A DNA stretch of 64,000 bases from positions 1 through 64,000 of the forward strand of contig NIVC01001049.1 in the NCBI GenBank assembly GCA_002269645.1. Reading direction: 5' to 3'. Of this stretch, positions 1-10,509 are shown piece after piece. A program made the position numbers and the translations under genes. This stretch comes from Macrostomum lignano (lineage: Eukaryota). Under the pieces are notes generated by a model. The model was not told the origin of the DNA. It did not search any database and was given only the letters and a program-made list of their open reading frames with translations. Numbering within the stretch: the stretch's first letter is position 1; each line of letters opens with the position of its first letter.

Positions 1-345
1 ATGACGTCATCCAAGTAGGCAATCTGATTTGGAGAGTCAGCTGTTAACAATGCTACAAGACGGCACATTAAGCTAGGACTGGACTTGAGTCCTTGAGGTA
101 GTCGATTGAATTCCCAAAGTAGGCCGTTGGGTGCAATGAAGCGCAGTGTATTTTGTGCTTTCTGGATCGATCGAACTTGGTAGAAAGCATCTGCTAGGTC
201 ACAGAGTGTGTACAGTTTAGGCGTTTTTCAATCGATGTAGCAAATCCGGAATCTTAGGAGGTCGGATGCTAGGAGCACGAATTAGCTTGTTCAGTTTTCG
301 GTAATCCGTCACGAGTCTTAGTTGTCCGGCGACCTTGAGCGTCGA
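1..345 (-). CDS. pol: Reverse transcriptase core (frameshifted, truncated by window edge)
   Basis: Manual translation of the reverse complement gives GQLRLVTDYRKLNK...KLYTLCDLADAFYQV...YTAFIAPNGLLWEFNRLPQGLKSSPSLM...QIAYLDDV (YLDD at ~7-18). At least two single-base indels. Confidence 0.92.
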
Positions 346-915
346 GCGTCTTCTTTTCCACGAGAAGACATGGACTTGAGTATTCGATTCACTCGGACTG
401 ATGATTCCTTTTGACGGAAGTTTTCGATGAGCTCATCAAACCGTTCTTGTAGTCCATGAGCGATTGGATAGGGTCTGGACGTGACTGGCTCAGAGTGTGG
501 GTGTAGATGCAGGTGAGCCGTGTATTGGGTAGAGCAACCCATGTCGGTTGGCAGTAGTGCAAGACGTCACGGTACTTGTTCATTAGAGAACTAATTGTTC
601 ACTCTGCTCGGTTGAGAGTGTGCTGGTTGGCTTGTTTGAGTTGAGTACGGATCATGTCAGTCGTGGTGCTTCTTGTTGCAGGTGCGGAGATGTTTGATTT
701 GAGCTGCTGGGCGCACGATGTTGTAGTCAGACATGTTAGCCAGATTTCCAATGACTTGTTGAGGATGCAAGGTTTGCGTTGTCAGCGACGGGTTGGCAAT
801 TTCCACAGTGATAGTTTGTCCGTCCGGCTTGACAGAAACAAGGCAAGTTGGTATCATCAACTGGTGTTTCTGGATCGTGTGGTCCTTAGGGACGAACAGG
901 ACAGGAATCGTTGGC

Positions 916-1400
916 TCATGTCGAGAAGAGAGTTTCAGCGTGACTTGGTGCGTTGTCTGTGGTGGTAACTCTATTGTTTTGCATCACCGCAGAGGTTTCT
1001 TGCAACTGTTGGATGGAGTTGAGCATCGCAAATTGCTCATTGCCAAGCTTAGCTGTCGCTTTCGAGTAGTCGAATTGTAGTGGTATTCCCAGTGACTTAA
1101 AGGTTTCTACTCCTAAGAGCAAATCATAGTCAGCGTCGGGGGTGTCGAGCACAAAGGCCGATATCTTGTGGTTGCGTCCATCGATTTCGAGATCAAAAGT
1201 AGCCTTTTGTTGAGGTTTAGTTGTTGTCCTCCTGCACAAATGGCGTTCATGTTGGTGTCTTGTAATGGTACTCGAAGCTTTTTGGCGAATGCCGGTGAGA
1301 TGCAGGAGATCGAGGCGCCGCTGTCAATGAGGGGGTGCATCTGTGTCGAGTATGCGGTGCGTTGCGGCACCACAGGTTGATCATAGTTGCTGTTGTTAGA
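916..1400 (-). CDS. pro: Retropepsin aspartic protease (split across two frames)
   Basis: PLIDSGASISCIS (DSG at 1317-1325) in ORF 1113..1778 continues after a frameshift as ATFDLEIDG...DYDLLLGVETFKSLGI in ORF 916..1239. Confidence 0.9.
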
Positions 1401-1492
1401 TGCTTCAAAACAAAGGCGTATGAGTAGTTTGCTGCCATTTTGGAACTTTAGGTTCTGGCGGTGGTCTCCGTGGTGGCGGGGTGGCACGAAGT

Positions 1493-4300
1493 TCAATCGT
1501 TTCGATGGGTGCCGAGGGTTGGCGCTTGTCTCGGTGGTATCAGTTGCTGTTGTTGGGAGTAGTCGTTTCGTGATTCCACTCGAGTTGGAGTTCGTTGTTG
1601 CCGCAGCACTTGTATAGTGTGCGTTCTGCCGTACCGGATGGTGCTGGCGACGCAGAGTCGGCCAAGATTGCACACGAAGATAATAACGGCAATGTAGACG
1701 ATTACAGCTGCTGTTAAGACGAACTTTTCTTGATAGTTTGCGACTAGTCGATCCCAGTTGAATATCGACGAAGACCATAGATTGAGAAAGCTAGTTTTGA
1801 GTCCAGGAATGCACTGTCAGCATGTGCTGTTCTATGTCGTGTTCGATTCGGAAGTTTGAAAACCGTAATCAGAAAATCGCGAGTTTGCATGAACTGGTGC
1901 ATTAGGTCGGTCACCGTTATTGGCTACGAAGTGAAGTATAATTGATATCTCCCTAGGTTTGAAGATGCTTTCGGAGACGGAGTTTGCAAATCGGACAACC
2001 GATAGTTTTTCATCGGATCTGACATTAGCGGTTGTGGGTTCAAATCTCGAAAAATTTAGTGTGGTCTTGAATAGCATCGATTGTTTAGGCAGGTAGTAGT
2101 ATGGGAAGGCGTCGCATGAGATTAGAGCTGGAGTAGCTGTGGAGACAATACGAGTCGTTGTGTCCAAAAATCCAAGAACAGTATAATTTTGTAGACGGAA
2201 TTCCAGTGGGGGACGCGTGAAGCATTGGTTCGTCTTGTACTTTGGTTGGACAAAGCGGAACTGGTGTAGAGGTTTGCACTGGTAGACGAAGAGGTATCCA
2301 GCAATGGATCTAGCTCGCAGGAAAGGATCATTTAATAAGAGTCGAGCAGCGAGCGTTGGTTGTGTGTAGTATAACTGTCGGTTGTACTTGAGATTAGTTG
2401 CATACATCATGCATTGAGTAGTTGCAAGCTGTTTCTGTACTTGGAGAAGGTCTTTTCGAGCTTTACTAGCAGCTCCTTGTAGTTGTCCAGCAAGAAGTTC
2501 AGCGGATGCGAACGTTGATGAAAGTTGCGCAGTAGAGTTGCCTGAAGGGGCTGCGATGGTTTTGTCGTCTGTGCTTCGCTTGTTGCGTGGTAGTAGTAGG
2601 AGATCCGGTTGACTGCCTTGTGGTTCGTGATGTGGAACTGCTAGATTCGTGATGAAGCCAGTTGTGGATTGGTTGTTGTCGCTGGTGAGTTCGTGGTGAG
2701 GGTTGAGGTTGCAGACTTTGCTGGTGCACTGGTTGTGCTGCTAGAGGTTGAGGTTGTTGGCGGTAAAGGTGGTGGTACGAGGTTGTGTCGTCACTTTTGT
2801 AGTCGTCGTAGTTGAATCTGCTGTCGTTGTTGCTGCTGAGGTTGTAGCAGTGGTGGTTGTTGAAGTTGTCGGTGTTACGGTTGTGGTAGGTATTGTTGTC
2901 GTTGTAGTCGGTGGCATTGTCGTCGTAGCTGGTGGTGTTGTCGTTGTAGTCGGTGGTGTTGTCGTTGTAGTCGGTGGTGTTGTCGTTGTCAAAATTGTAG
3001 TTGTTGGTGTTGATTTTGTAGTAGTTAGTATCGTAGTTGTTGGCGTCATTGTTGTAGAAGTGCTTGACGTCGGTGGATGATCAGGTCGCTCTTGTCGTAA
3101 AGGTTGCGGCGGTAGGAATTGTCGTGACTGAGTTGTCGTAGTGAAAGGATGTTGAGTCGTCGATTGCTGAACGGGTAATATTGTTGGTGGCGTTGGTAGT
3201 ATCGCTGGTGGTGAACGACGTTTTTGTCTCGAAGAAGTGGTTTCTTCGCTAGTTTGAGGTTTTGGAGTAGCTTCTTCTAATGGGCTTCGTAAGGTGGCGA
3301 GAAATTCTGCTTCTTTGTTGTCGAGGATGTCTACGTATAGACCTTGCGTTGAAAGGTACAACGTCTTACGGACGCCAGTGCAGGTGAGAGTGTGAGTCGA
3401 CGGCACTGGGTTGAAGGTTAGTCCCAATGTTTGATCATTAGTTAAGAACAAGCCGGAGTTTAAGTTGCCTTCAAGAGTACGAAATGGTTTTAAAGGACAA
3501 TCAGCGAGTGGTGGAGGTGTCCAAATAAGATTTAGATGTCTTGGTCCTTTCACGTCAATTTGGTAGATTGCTTCAGTTTCCAAAGGATCCCAGGGGGATG
3601 TTAGTATCGGCAAAGGTAGGTTGAAAGCTCGCATTTCTTGTGCAGTTGTTTTAATTGTACAAAATTTGTCGGCGAGTTTGCAGTTGTCCATTGGGAAGGA
3701 CAAAGATTCCATTTTTTGATCTGCTGTTGAGTAGGCTGGGATTCCGGTGATCACTGTTGTTACTATTTGTTCTGAATGTGAACCAGGAGTGCAACGCACA
3801 GCATTTTGCGTGTTGAATGTCGATTGCAGGCGTTGGATAGACTGAGTTGACGCAGTCTTTAACACTAATGATCCATCAGGCGATAGCTTTGTTCGTGCCC
3901 AGTTTTCACAATCAGCTTGAGTGACTGGTTGCGGTTCCAACTCTACCAGGGCGGATGTCCAGGTTCTTATCACCGCCTTATCACATCTGATAGTGATTTT
4001 CTCGCGGAAACAGACAGTCATAACCAGAGAACTGGTTTCCACGTTCGTTGTGTAAAGTTCCAGTTTCAACGGGAGTGTCGGCGTCGTTTGGTGTTTGAGC
4101 TGTTCACAACGGATCTCATGTGGTATCGTGAAAATTCGTGGGATCTGGTTGTACGGACAGACCATTGGTGTGTCAATGAAGCCCTCGTGAGATTGTCTCT
4201 CAATCGATGGTGGAGTTGACGTCGTTATCGGCGTAGCGTTGGCTAGTGCGAAGAGTGAAGTTGCTAGGCACAGGAGAAAAAGTGTCAGTAGTGATCGGCG
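1493..4300 (-). CDS. env: Envelope-like glycoprotein, class III (herpesvirus gB / chuvirus G-like), with frameshifts
   Basis: Signal peptide LLTLFLLCLATSLFALANA (~4236-4300); Cys-containing ectodomain; furin-type RQKRR (~3215-3229); Thr-rich linker; then AGQLQ...TQC...QPTLAARLLLNDPFLRARSIAGYLFVYQC and CFTRPPLEF...GFLD...C, resembling gB domain III/IV motifs; TM FVLTAAVIVYIAVIIFVC (~1668-1723); cytoplasmic tail ending at TGA 1493. Confidence 0.78.
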
Positions 4301-6205
4301 AATTCCGACGGAAGCTTTCACGGTTTTCTCGCGGTTGTTGTTGCTGGTCGGTGGAGTGTAGGCGTTTGTCACTCTTTCAACCGTACAAAGGCGAATAGAG
4401 TTGATAGTCGCAGCGGCAGTAGTCGGTTTTTTGAGTAAAGATTTCAGCTGCTTAGCGTCTCCAGAGTAGCGAATTTCGTTTCCAAAAGTCGGTGGGCGTT
4501 CATCAACTGTAGCAATGTGCATCAGTTGGGCAGACTCGGGAGCGTCGTGAGTCGTCCATCCAATCTGCGGCTGTTGATTCCATCCTGGGTGGGACGTTTC
4601 AGGGTCCTGAGCAGTGATGGCGCGTATCGGTGGATATTGTTGTTGCGCAAATCTCGGAGGTTGTCGTTGATTGTTGGTGCCGTTGTATCGAGGCGGATAG
4701 CGTTGCTGAGGCCGGTTTCCATAGTCTTGACGGGGTGGAAATCGTGATTGTTGTGTCGCCGGTGGACCGTAGCCTTGTGTACGTTGGGCTCGTAGTCGGC
4801 ACTGGTTAATAGAGTGTCCTGGTTTTCGGCAATAGTTACAGGTCAATCGTGGCGGTCCCTGCTGGTAACGATTTCGCGGGGCATCAGAGCCGTATTGGGC
4901 TGTGTTCCTTCGATCACTTGAGTTAGGTCGGAAGGGACGAGGTTGTTGGTCATTCCTTCGACGACAGTCGGCGGCATAGTGTCCAGGTCGACCGCAATGA
5001 TAACAAGTGGGCTTCTGTTGCATATTAGCGATAGGTGGCTTGGTTTGTGTTTGCAGGGAGGCAACCACCTGCTGATTGGCTTCCTTCGTCGTTTTTTCTA
5101 AGGTAGTTAGACGCTCTGTGAGAGCTTTCAAGTCAGTGCCATCAGAGTCCATGGTGGAGTCGCGGATTTGTTCGGCGCGGATGGCCTTGTTGATTAGCGT
5201 ACTTTCCGTGGTGATATTTTGCTTCAAGAGTTCTCGTTTGATGTAGGGTAGAGCATTGTTGATAGTCGTAGCCATCAGGGTAGCAAGGAAGTCTCGGTTG
5301 CGCTGGTCGATGACAGCTTGGTTCGCGGGTGGTGTTTCCGGACCGGCACCTTCCGGAAATTCTTCCGGTATTTCCGGCATAGCTGACCTGAGCTTTCGAC
5401 GAATATCGGTGAAATAAGACAGGAACGGTTCGCCGTACTGTTGTTTCCGGGTTGTTGCATTATGCAGCGTTAGAGCCGAGCCAATGGTTACTTCCCGAAG
5501 GCGTTGAGACAGTGCCTCAATGGTGGCTGGATAAGAGGCTTGGACTGCGGCAGAGAGGCGACTGTATTCGAGTTTAAGAAGGTCATTCAGTAGTCGCGGG
5601 AAGAGCCGAATCTTTGCGTTCTCCGATAGTCCAAAGGAGCGTGTGATCAAGTCGAACTCTTCAGTGAAGGAGCGGAAGTCATGCATTTGGTCGATTCCTT
5701 TCAGGGATTGACGAATTTCAGCAAGAGCAGTAGCTGAGACGGGATGGTTTGATTGCAATTGCAGACTGCGGTTCATAACGTCAGTAAGTTCACGGACAGC
5801 ATTTGTCGCTGCAGCATCAACATGGGGAGCGCCGTCCTGATCAGCCATATCTAGAGTAGATTCTTCAGCAATATCGTTTGGGGCTGGTTGAACTGTTTCG
5901 TCCGCGTCTGTTAGGATGGAGCTGGGTGCTGGTGAGTGTGCACGGTTGTGTTCAAAATGATCCGCGAGAGGGTTATTAAACTCAACGTTATTTGGTATAA
6001 ACAGGTTAGGTACTGGTGAACTATTTCGTGGGAGCTGTTCACCTATTTGGCAGTCAGAAGTTTCTAAATTTTGTTCAGGGGGTCTGTTAATATTTGAGCT
6101 TTGAAAAACTGGTCCGGAACGTAAATCTCGGACAGGTGTGGTCATTAACAAGAATTCAATCAATAATTTCAAGGCAACGATAGCACAAAATGTAACTAAT
6201 AGCAA
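2741..6205 (-). CDS. gag: Gag-Env N-terminal polyprotein ORF (1154 aa; likely start MTTPVRDLRSG at ~6145)
   Basis: Retrotransposon capsid-like segment (FRSFTEEFDLIT...KQQYGEPFLSYFTDIRR); knuckles CYHCGRPGHYAADC (~4964-5005) and CNYCRKPGHSINQC (~4799-4840); no stop codon before the env signal peptide. Confidence 0.9.
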   Translation of the reverse strand: MLLVTFCAIVALKLLIEFLLMTTPVRDLRSGPVFQSSNINRPPEQNLETSDCQIGEQLPRNSSPVPNLFIPNNVEFNNPLADHFEHNRAHSPAPSSILTDADETVQPAPNDIAEESTLDMADQDGAPHVDAAATNAVRELTDVMNRSLQLQSNHPVSATALAEIRQSLKGIDQMHDFRSFTEEFDLITRSFGLSENAKIRLFPRLLNDLLKLEYSRLSAAVQASYPATIEALSQRLREVTIGSALTLHNATTRKQQYGEPFLSYFTDIRRKLRSAMPEIPEEFPEGAGPETPPANQAVIDQRNRDFLATLMATTINNALPYIKRELLKQNITTESTLINKAIRAEQIRDSTMDSDGTDLKALTERLTTLEKTTKEANQQVVASLQTQTKPPIANMQQKPTCYHCGRPGHYAADCRRRNDQQPRPFRPNSSDRRNTAQYGSDAPRNRYQQGPPRLTCNYCRKPGHSINQCRLRAQRTQGYGPPATQQSRFPPRQDYGNRPQQRYPPRYNGTNNQRQPPRFAQQQYPPIRAITAQDPETSHPGWNQQPQIGWTTHDAPESAQLMHIATVDERPPTFGNEIRYSGDAKQLKSLLKKPTTAAATINSIRLCTVERVTNAYTPPTSNNNREKTVKASVGIRRSLLTLFLLCLATSLFALANATPITTSTPPSIERQSHEGFIDTPMVCPYNQIPRIFTIPHEIRCEQLKHQTTPTLPLKLELYTTNVETSSLVMTVCFREKITIRCDKAVIRTWTSALVELEPQPVTQADCENWARTKLSPDGSLVLKTASTQSIQRLQSTFNTQNAVRCTPGSHSEQIVTTVITGIPAYSTADQKMESLSFPMDNCKLADKFCTIKTTAQEMRAFNLPLPILTSPWDPLETEAIYQIDVKGPRHLNLIWTPPPLADCPLKPFRTLEGNLNSGLFLTNDQTLGLTFNPVPSTHTLTCTGVRKTLYLSTQGLYVDILDNKEAEFLATLRSPLEEATPKPQTSEETTSSRQKRRSPPAILPTPPTILPVQQSTTQHPFTTTTQSRQFLPPQPLRQERPDHPPTSSTSTTMTPTTTILTTTKSTPTTTILTTTTPPTTTTTPPTTTTTPPATTTMPPTTTTTIPTTTVTPTTSTTTTATTSAATTTADSTTTTTKVTTQPRTTTFTANNLNL

Positions 6206-7180
6206 AGTAGAGTGTCAAATTCAAAGTGAGCAAACGGCAATGGCTTTCAGGGTTGCGGTTGGCGGACTGGCTGGGGAAGGGAGAAAAAGAGAGACTGTGT
6301 AATTTTTTAACTGTGATCTGCGACGAGCTTTGAAAATCGAAGTAATTTTGAATTGAACTGCCTTTTGATTGGTTCTGAAACTTTGAATTTTGAAATTTTG
6401 AACTCGGAAATCTTGAATTGAACTGCCGTTTGATCGGTTCTGAAACTTTGAAACTGAATTTGATAAAGGAGCTCCTGAATGTTGGACTAGACGGACATCA
6501 GTGGTGGCCAATAAAATCGAATTTGTATCATTGAAGTCGGCAGTTTTCTTTTTCTTGAAGTCGGCAGTTTAGTCTTTTGAAGTCGGCAGTTTTCTTCTGA
6601 GAATTTGTTCTGGCTTTTTGAATTTCGAATTTGAATTTTGAACTATCTGACGAGTTTCAGCTAGGGGGGTTGATTTCATAATTTTAAGCAAGCGTAGAGT
6701 AATGTTTTTGTAGTTTTGTAAATTTGCTATTTTTTAATTTTTGAAAATTTTATAATTTTTATTGATCGGACTGATCATTTTGTAACTTTAACATGATAAG
6801 AGCAGTACGGGTTGTACGAAATGAACTATAAGCAATGGTATTGTTTTTTGTGTTTTCAAGTTTTATTATTTTTTTTTTGCGATCTAATGATCATTTTGAG
6901 TTTGTCGCAGGCTACGAAAATACTATGTGAATAGTCTAGCATAGATGAAGCGAAGAAGAGTAAATGGAGACGTGCGTTTTTTGAGGTTTTAAATTTTTTA
7001 TATTTTTTGTCGATCAAATGATCATTTTCAAAGTAGTGTTTACACCATGCAGTTTAAAGTAACAGAAGGTGAGCTGGAAATGAGACTACGATCAAAAGAC
7101 AATGAGAGAGTATAGTATATTTACAGGGCCCAAGGGGGCTGATGCTGAGGCGATAGAAATTGCGGCTTATGGGGGGGGAA

Positions 7181-7988
7181 TCACTCAGGGCGACCACCGT
7201 ATGCGGAGGCGAGAAGTTTGGGGCAAGGAGAGTCGCTAACGTCAAAACAGGGGTCGTCGGTAAAGTCGGGGTGGCCAACTATATGTTCCCGGTGGAACCG
7301 AGGGAGGGTGAGGAAATGAGCTTCAATGGCCTGACCTCTAGAACTGCCGCGATGGCGCGTCCAGGTCGACCAGAAGTGGTAGCGGAGTTGGTAAGAGGCA
7401 AGGTGGAACAGGCTTAAGGGTGAGTCGGAAACGGGGGGAACAAAGCTCTGGAGCAATAGTTCGTGGCGTTCACACTCCTCGTCATCAATTTTGCGACAGT
7501 ATATTCGGCGGAGATCTTTGTAGCGAAGAGGAACGCCGGTATGAAAATCAACGCAACGCAGAGCGCGGAAGAGTAGCTCGAAGTCCTGGCCTCGGAGGGC
7601 TATATCGACGATTGCGGACTTAAAAGCTCCTTGCAGGGGCGGCAGATGGAGGCCTTCGAGATGGAATAGCATATTGTCTATCTGCCCCGGGATGTGGCAT
7701 TGGTAGCAGTCGGAAATGTGGGTCAGGTAGGAATCAGTAATGGTGAGGACAAACTTGGTTACGGGACCAGGGCGTCCATTACAACTGAAGAGATCGTGAA
7801 ACAGGGATCCGGGATTGCGGGCTTGACGGTACGAGGAAACGGAAAGGGCGAGAGATAGGAGGGGTGATAGTAAATGAAACTGCGGCGATGTTGGCAATAA
7901 TACGTCTGACACTGGCAATCAAATAGTGGGACATCATCGGGGCAGTAAGGGATGCGGCTTCAGCGTAGATACGTGCGAAAGTAGTCAT
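7181..7988 (-). CDS. Accessory ORF of unknown function in the retroelement leader (probably frameshifted; ATG at 7988)
   Basis: ORF 7779..7988 (ATG) overlaps ORF 7181..7918. Non-repetitive, globular-looking sequence with CYQCH and further Cys/His. Confidence 0.45.
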
Positions 7989-8259
7989 GTTGAAATTATA
8001 ATAAGTGAATTAAAGTACTTTAATTTAATTTACAGTGTTACCAAGTTGCTGGAACGGTAGAGACTGGATGTGAAGAGTGTCGTTCTTGCAGTTGGCTTCG
8101 GTAGTACTGGAGAGGAGATTAACTCAAGAGTGCAGGATTCTGTCAATCTATAGTGCTGCAAAAGTGCTAGTATAATAGTGCTGTTGATGGCGAATTCTGA
8201 AGGGAGTTGGGAACGGAGTTTGCGGCGTCCTCATTGGTTGGTTAGGGGGATTCCAAGCC

Positions 8260-8667
8260 ATGCCTGGGAGACGGGGCGGTTATATTGGTGAAACTGAAGG
8301 GGGACGGGTAAGGCTTGCTACTCCTTCGCGACTCCGCTACTTCAAACACTCCCGGACGACGATTGCTCGACTATTTATTATGGCTATGCAAGCTCAACTC
8401 GAAAGGACGAGGAAGACGGCAGATCAATGGTGGTGGCTCTGTCGGCGGTTGTGGGAGCTCGAATTGCTGCTGGAGGACGGCTGGCCCCGCGACACGAAGC
8501 GGGGTGCTCGGCGGGGTTCGCGACTCCTGTCAGCGTTCAGGCGGCTAGTCACACCCGTCCGTAAGTGGTGTGAGCGCCGCCTCGAATGGTGGCAGGAGCT
8601 CCAGCACGTGGAAGAAGAGATTGTAGCGGGACGCCGATGGGGTAATTTTTATCCTAGTTTAATGTAA
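8260..8667 (+). CDS. Antisense Trp/Arg-rich accessory ORF inside the retroelement leader
   Basis: ATG-initiated 135-aa ORF preceded by TATAAT (~8171) and an ATTGG (CCAAT) box (~8234), followed by a T-rich tract. Confidence 0.4.
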   Translation: MPGRRGGYIGETEGGRVRLATPSRLRYFKHSRTTIARLFIMAMQAQLERTRKTADQWWWLCRRLWELELLLEDGWPRDTKRGARRGSRLLSAFRRLVTPVRKWCERRLEWWQELQHVEEEIVAGRRWGNFYPSLM

Positions 8668-10491
8668 TGGAAGGGGCTAACCGACTGAAGGTAGGGGTAA
8701 TCTTGAGTTTAATTTTTTGTAATTTTGTATAGTTTTTGTAGATATTCTAACAACAATTGAATTACTTATTAGTGTACATATATTTATATTGTTATTGTTG
8801 CGATTACCCTTTTGCACGTGTGAATGTTTTTGTAAAAAAATACATAACTAACCTGTTTAACTATTTGAATTGATAAAGGCTGTTTCAGGTTAGAGGGGGG
8901 GGGCTATGGGTAGGGCTCAATCTTGACAAAGCAAAGGATGGATAGCGTAACAAGATGGTTAACAAAATAAGTAGGGCAAAAGCTGTATGGGGCACTAAGC
9001 ATCTATTGCCTTTGGCAATAGGGAGATGAGAGAAAAGTAGAAGTTGTTTGGATCTTAATCCATCATACAAAAACGAGAAATGGCTAGGAAAAGAAAAAAT
9101 TCCTGGGGAAATTGTTTATCAGAGATCGTGAAAAGGTCGCTGAACCGGAGGGTGAGTGGCAGGATGGAGCTGGCCTGGACAGTTTGATTAAGGAAAAGAT
9201 TTTTTGTGGGAGATAAAGTTGAGTGATGGTTTTAATCAAGAAAAGAGGTCGCTCTGGGAGGTCGAGTAGGCACACAAAGTCTGATGTGGGCAGTTTGTTT
9301 AAGATTAATATTTATTGGAGGGAACTGGAGTTGATTAAACACGCAAGAAATTCCCAGCATCCCGAATGATCCATAGAAGGCAACTGCCAGAATCAGCAAT
9401 CCGAAAAAAAAACTTGGGTCGATAAGGATTTGATGGATGGGGCTCGTGGGGTTTGCAAACAGTGAGTTTGGAGTGTTTAATCAAGAAAAATAATGAAAGG
9501 CTAGGCAAGCGGTCTACGAAAATCAGAAAAGTTTTCCGGATGAAGCACGCAGGTTCGGCAAACAATTGGTTGGGACTTTAATCAAGGAAAATGATGAATG
9601 GTCAGGCAAGCAGCCTGTCGGATAAGCGAAAAAAAATTTTTTTTTGTTGACAGCAAGAAATTGGTGGCTCCAGAGTTTGATTAATATTTGCTGAAGTGAC
9701 TTTGTTTGAATAGCTCGTCAGGTTTTTTGCGTTTTCGTTCTTTTTTCGGGCGCTTAACGGCGCAGAGAATCTGAGATAAGCCAGTTTTCTAGATGTGGCC
9801 ACACACTGGGAAAAACCGAGGAGGAAACGAATGGCTCAGTCACTTTGGAGAGTTTCAAGTTTACTTGAGGAAATCCAGAGTAGACTTTGCTATTCTATGG
9901 AAAAGCAGTGAAGAAAGAAGCGTCCAACATTAAATAAACTTGAACAATTGATGATGCCGCGGTCTTTGAAAAATCGAAGCTTGGAAGCTTGAACAATTGA
10001 GGATCCGAATAACTGAATTGAATTTCTGCATTGAAGCTCTGAGGCTTGAGAATAAGAACTCGATATCAGACGTTCGACGACGTTTCTTGAATTAGAGTGA
10101 AATTGAAATTGTTCCGGAACGATAATTTATTGACTTTCATGGATCCTTTGAATCTGAAAAAACTTGAATCAGGTCTCAGTGCACTGGACAAAACTTAGAA
10201 CCGATTTGAATTCTGAATTTGAATTTGAGGGCTCGTGATTTACGATTCATTCTTCGAATATGTATTACTGACAGTCTCGAATGCTCAAAGGGGAGGGGGG
10301 GGGGAAGCCAGTCCAACCGTTCACACCCATCAGCCACGCCTGTAGCTGTCTACCCCATGCAGGGCATAGCGGCTATTGTGGTGAAAAGCATCGGAGGAAA
10401 AGTACGGTCAGGGAACCAGTGAAATATTTTAAAATATATGTTATTGTTCTTCTTCTGGTCTCTCACTTCTATGGCTCTTGTTCTACTTCAA

Positions 10492-10509
10492 ATATCAATG
10501 TGAGAGCCA
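10492..10509 (-). promoter_or_regulatory. Primer binding site TGGCTCTCACATTGATAT
   Basis: Begins with TGG directly after the LTR end GTTATT; a nearly identical motif occurs at 63663-63680. Confidence 0.7.

Noticed and set aside
1-2760. Treating the many frameshifts as programmed recoding or proof of inactivity
   Set aside because: Scattered single-base indels, also seen in host-like genes, fit long-read assembly error equally well; this cannot be decided from one sequence.
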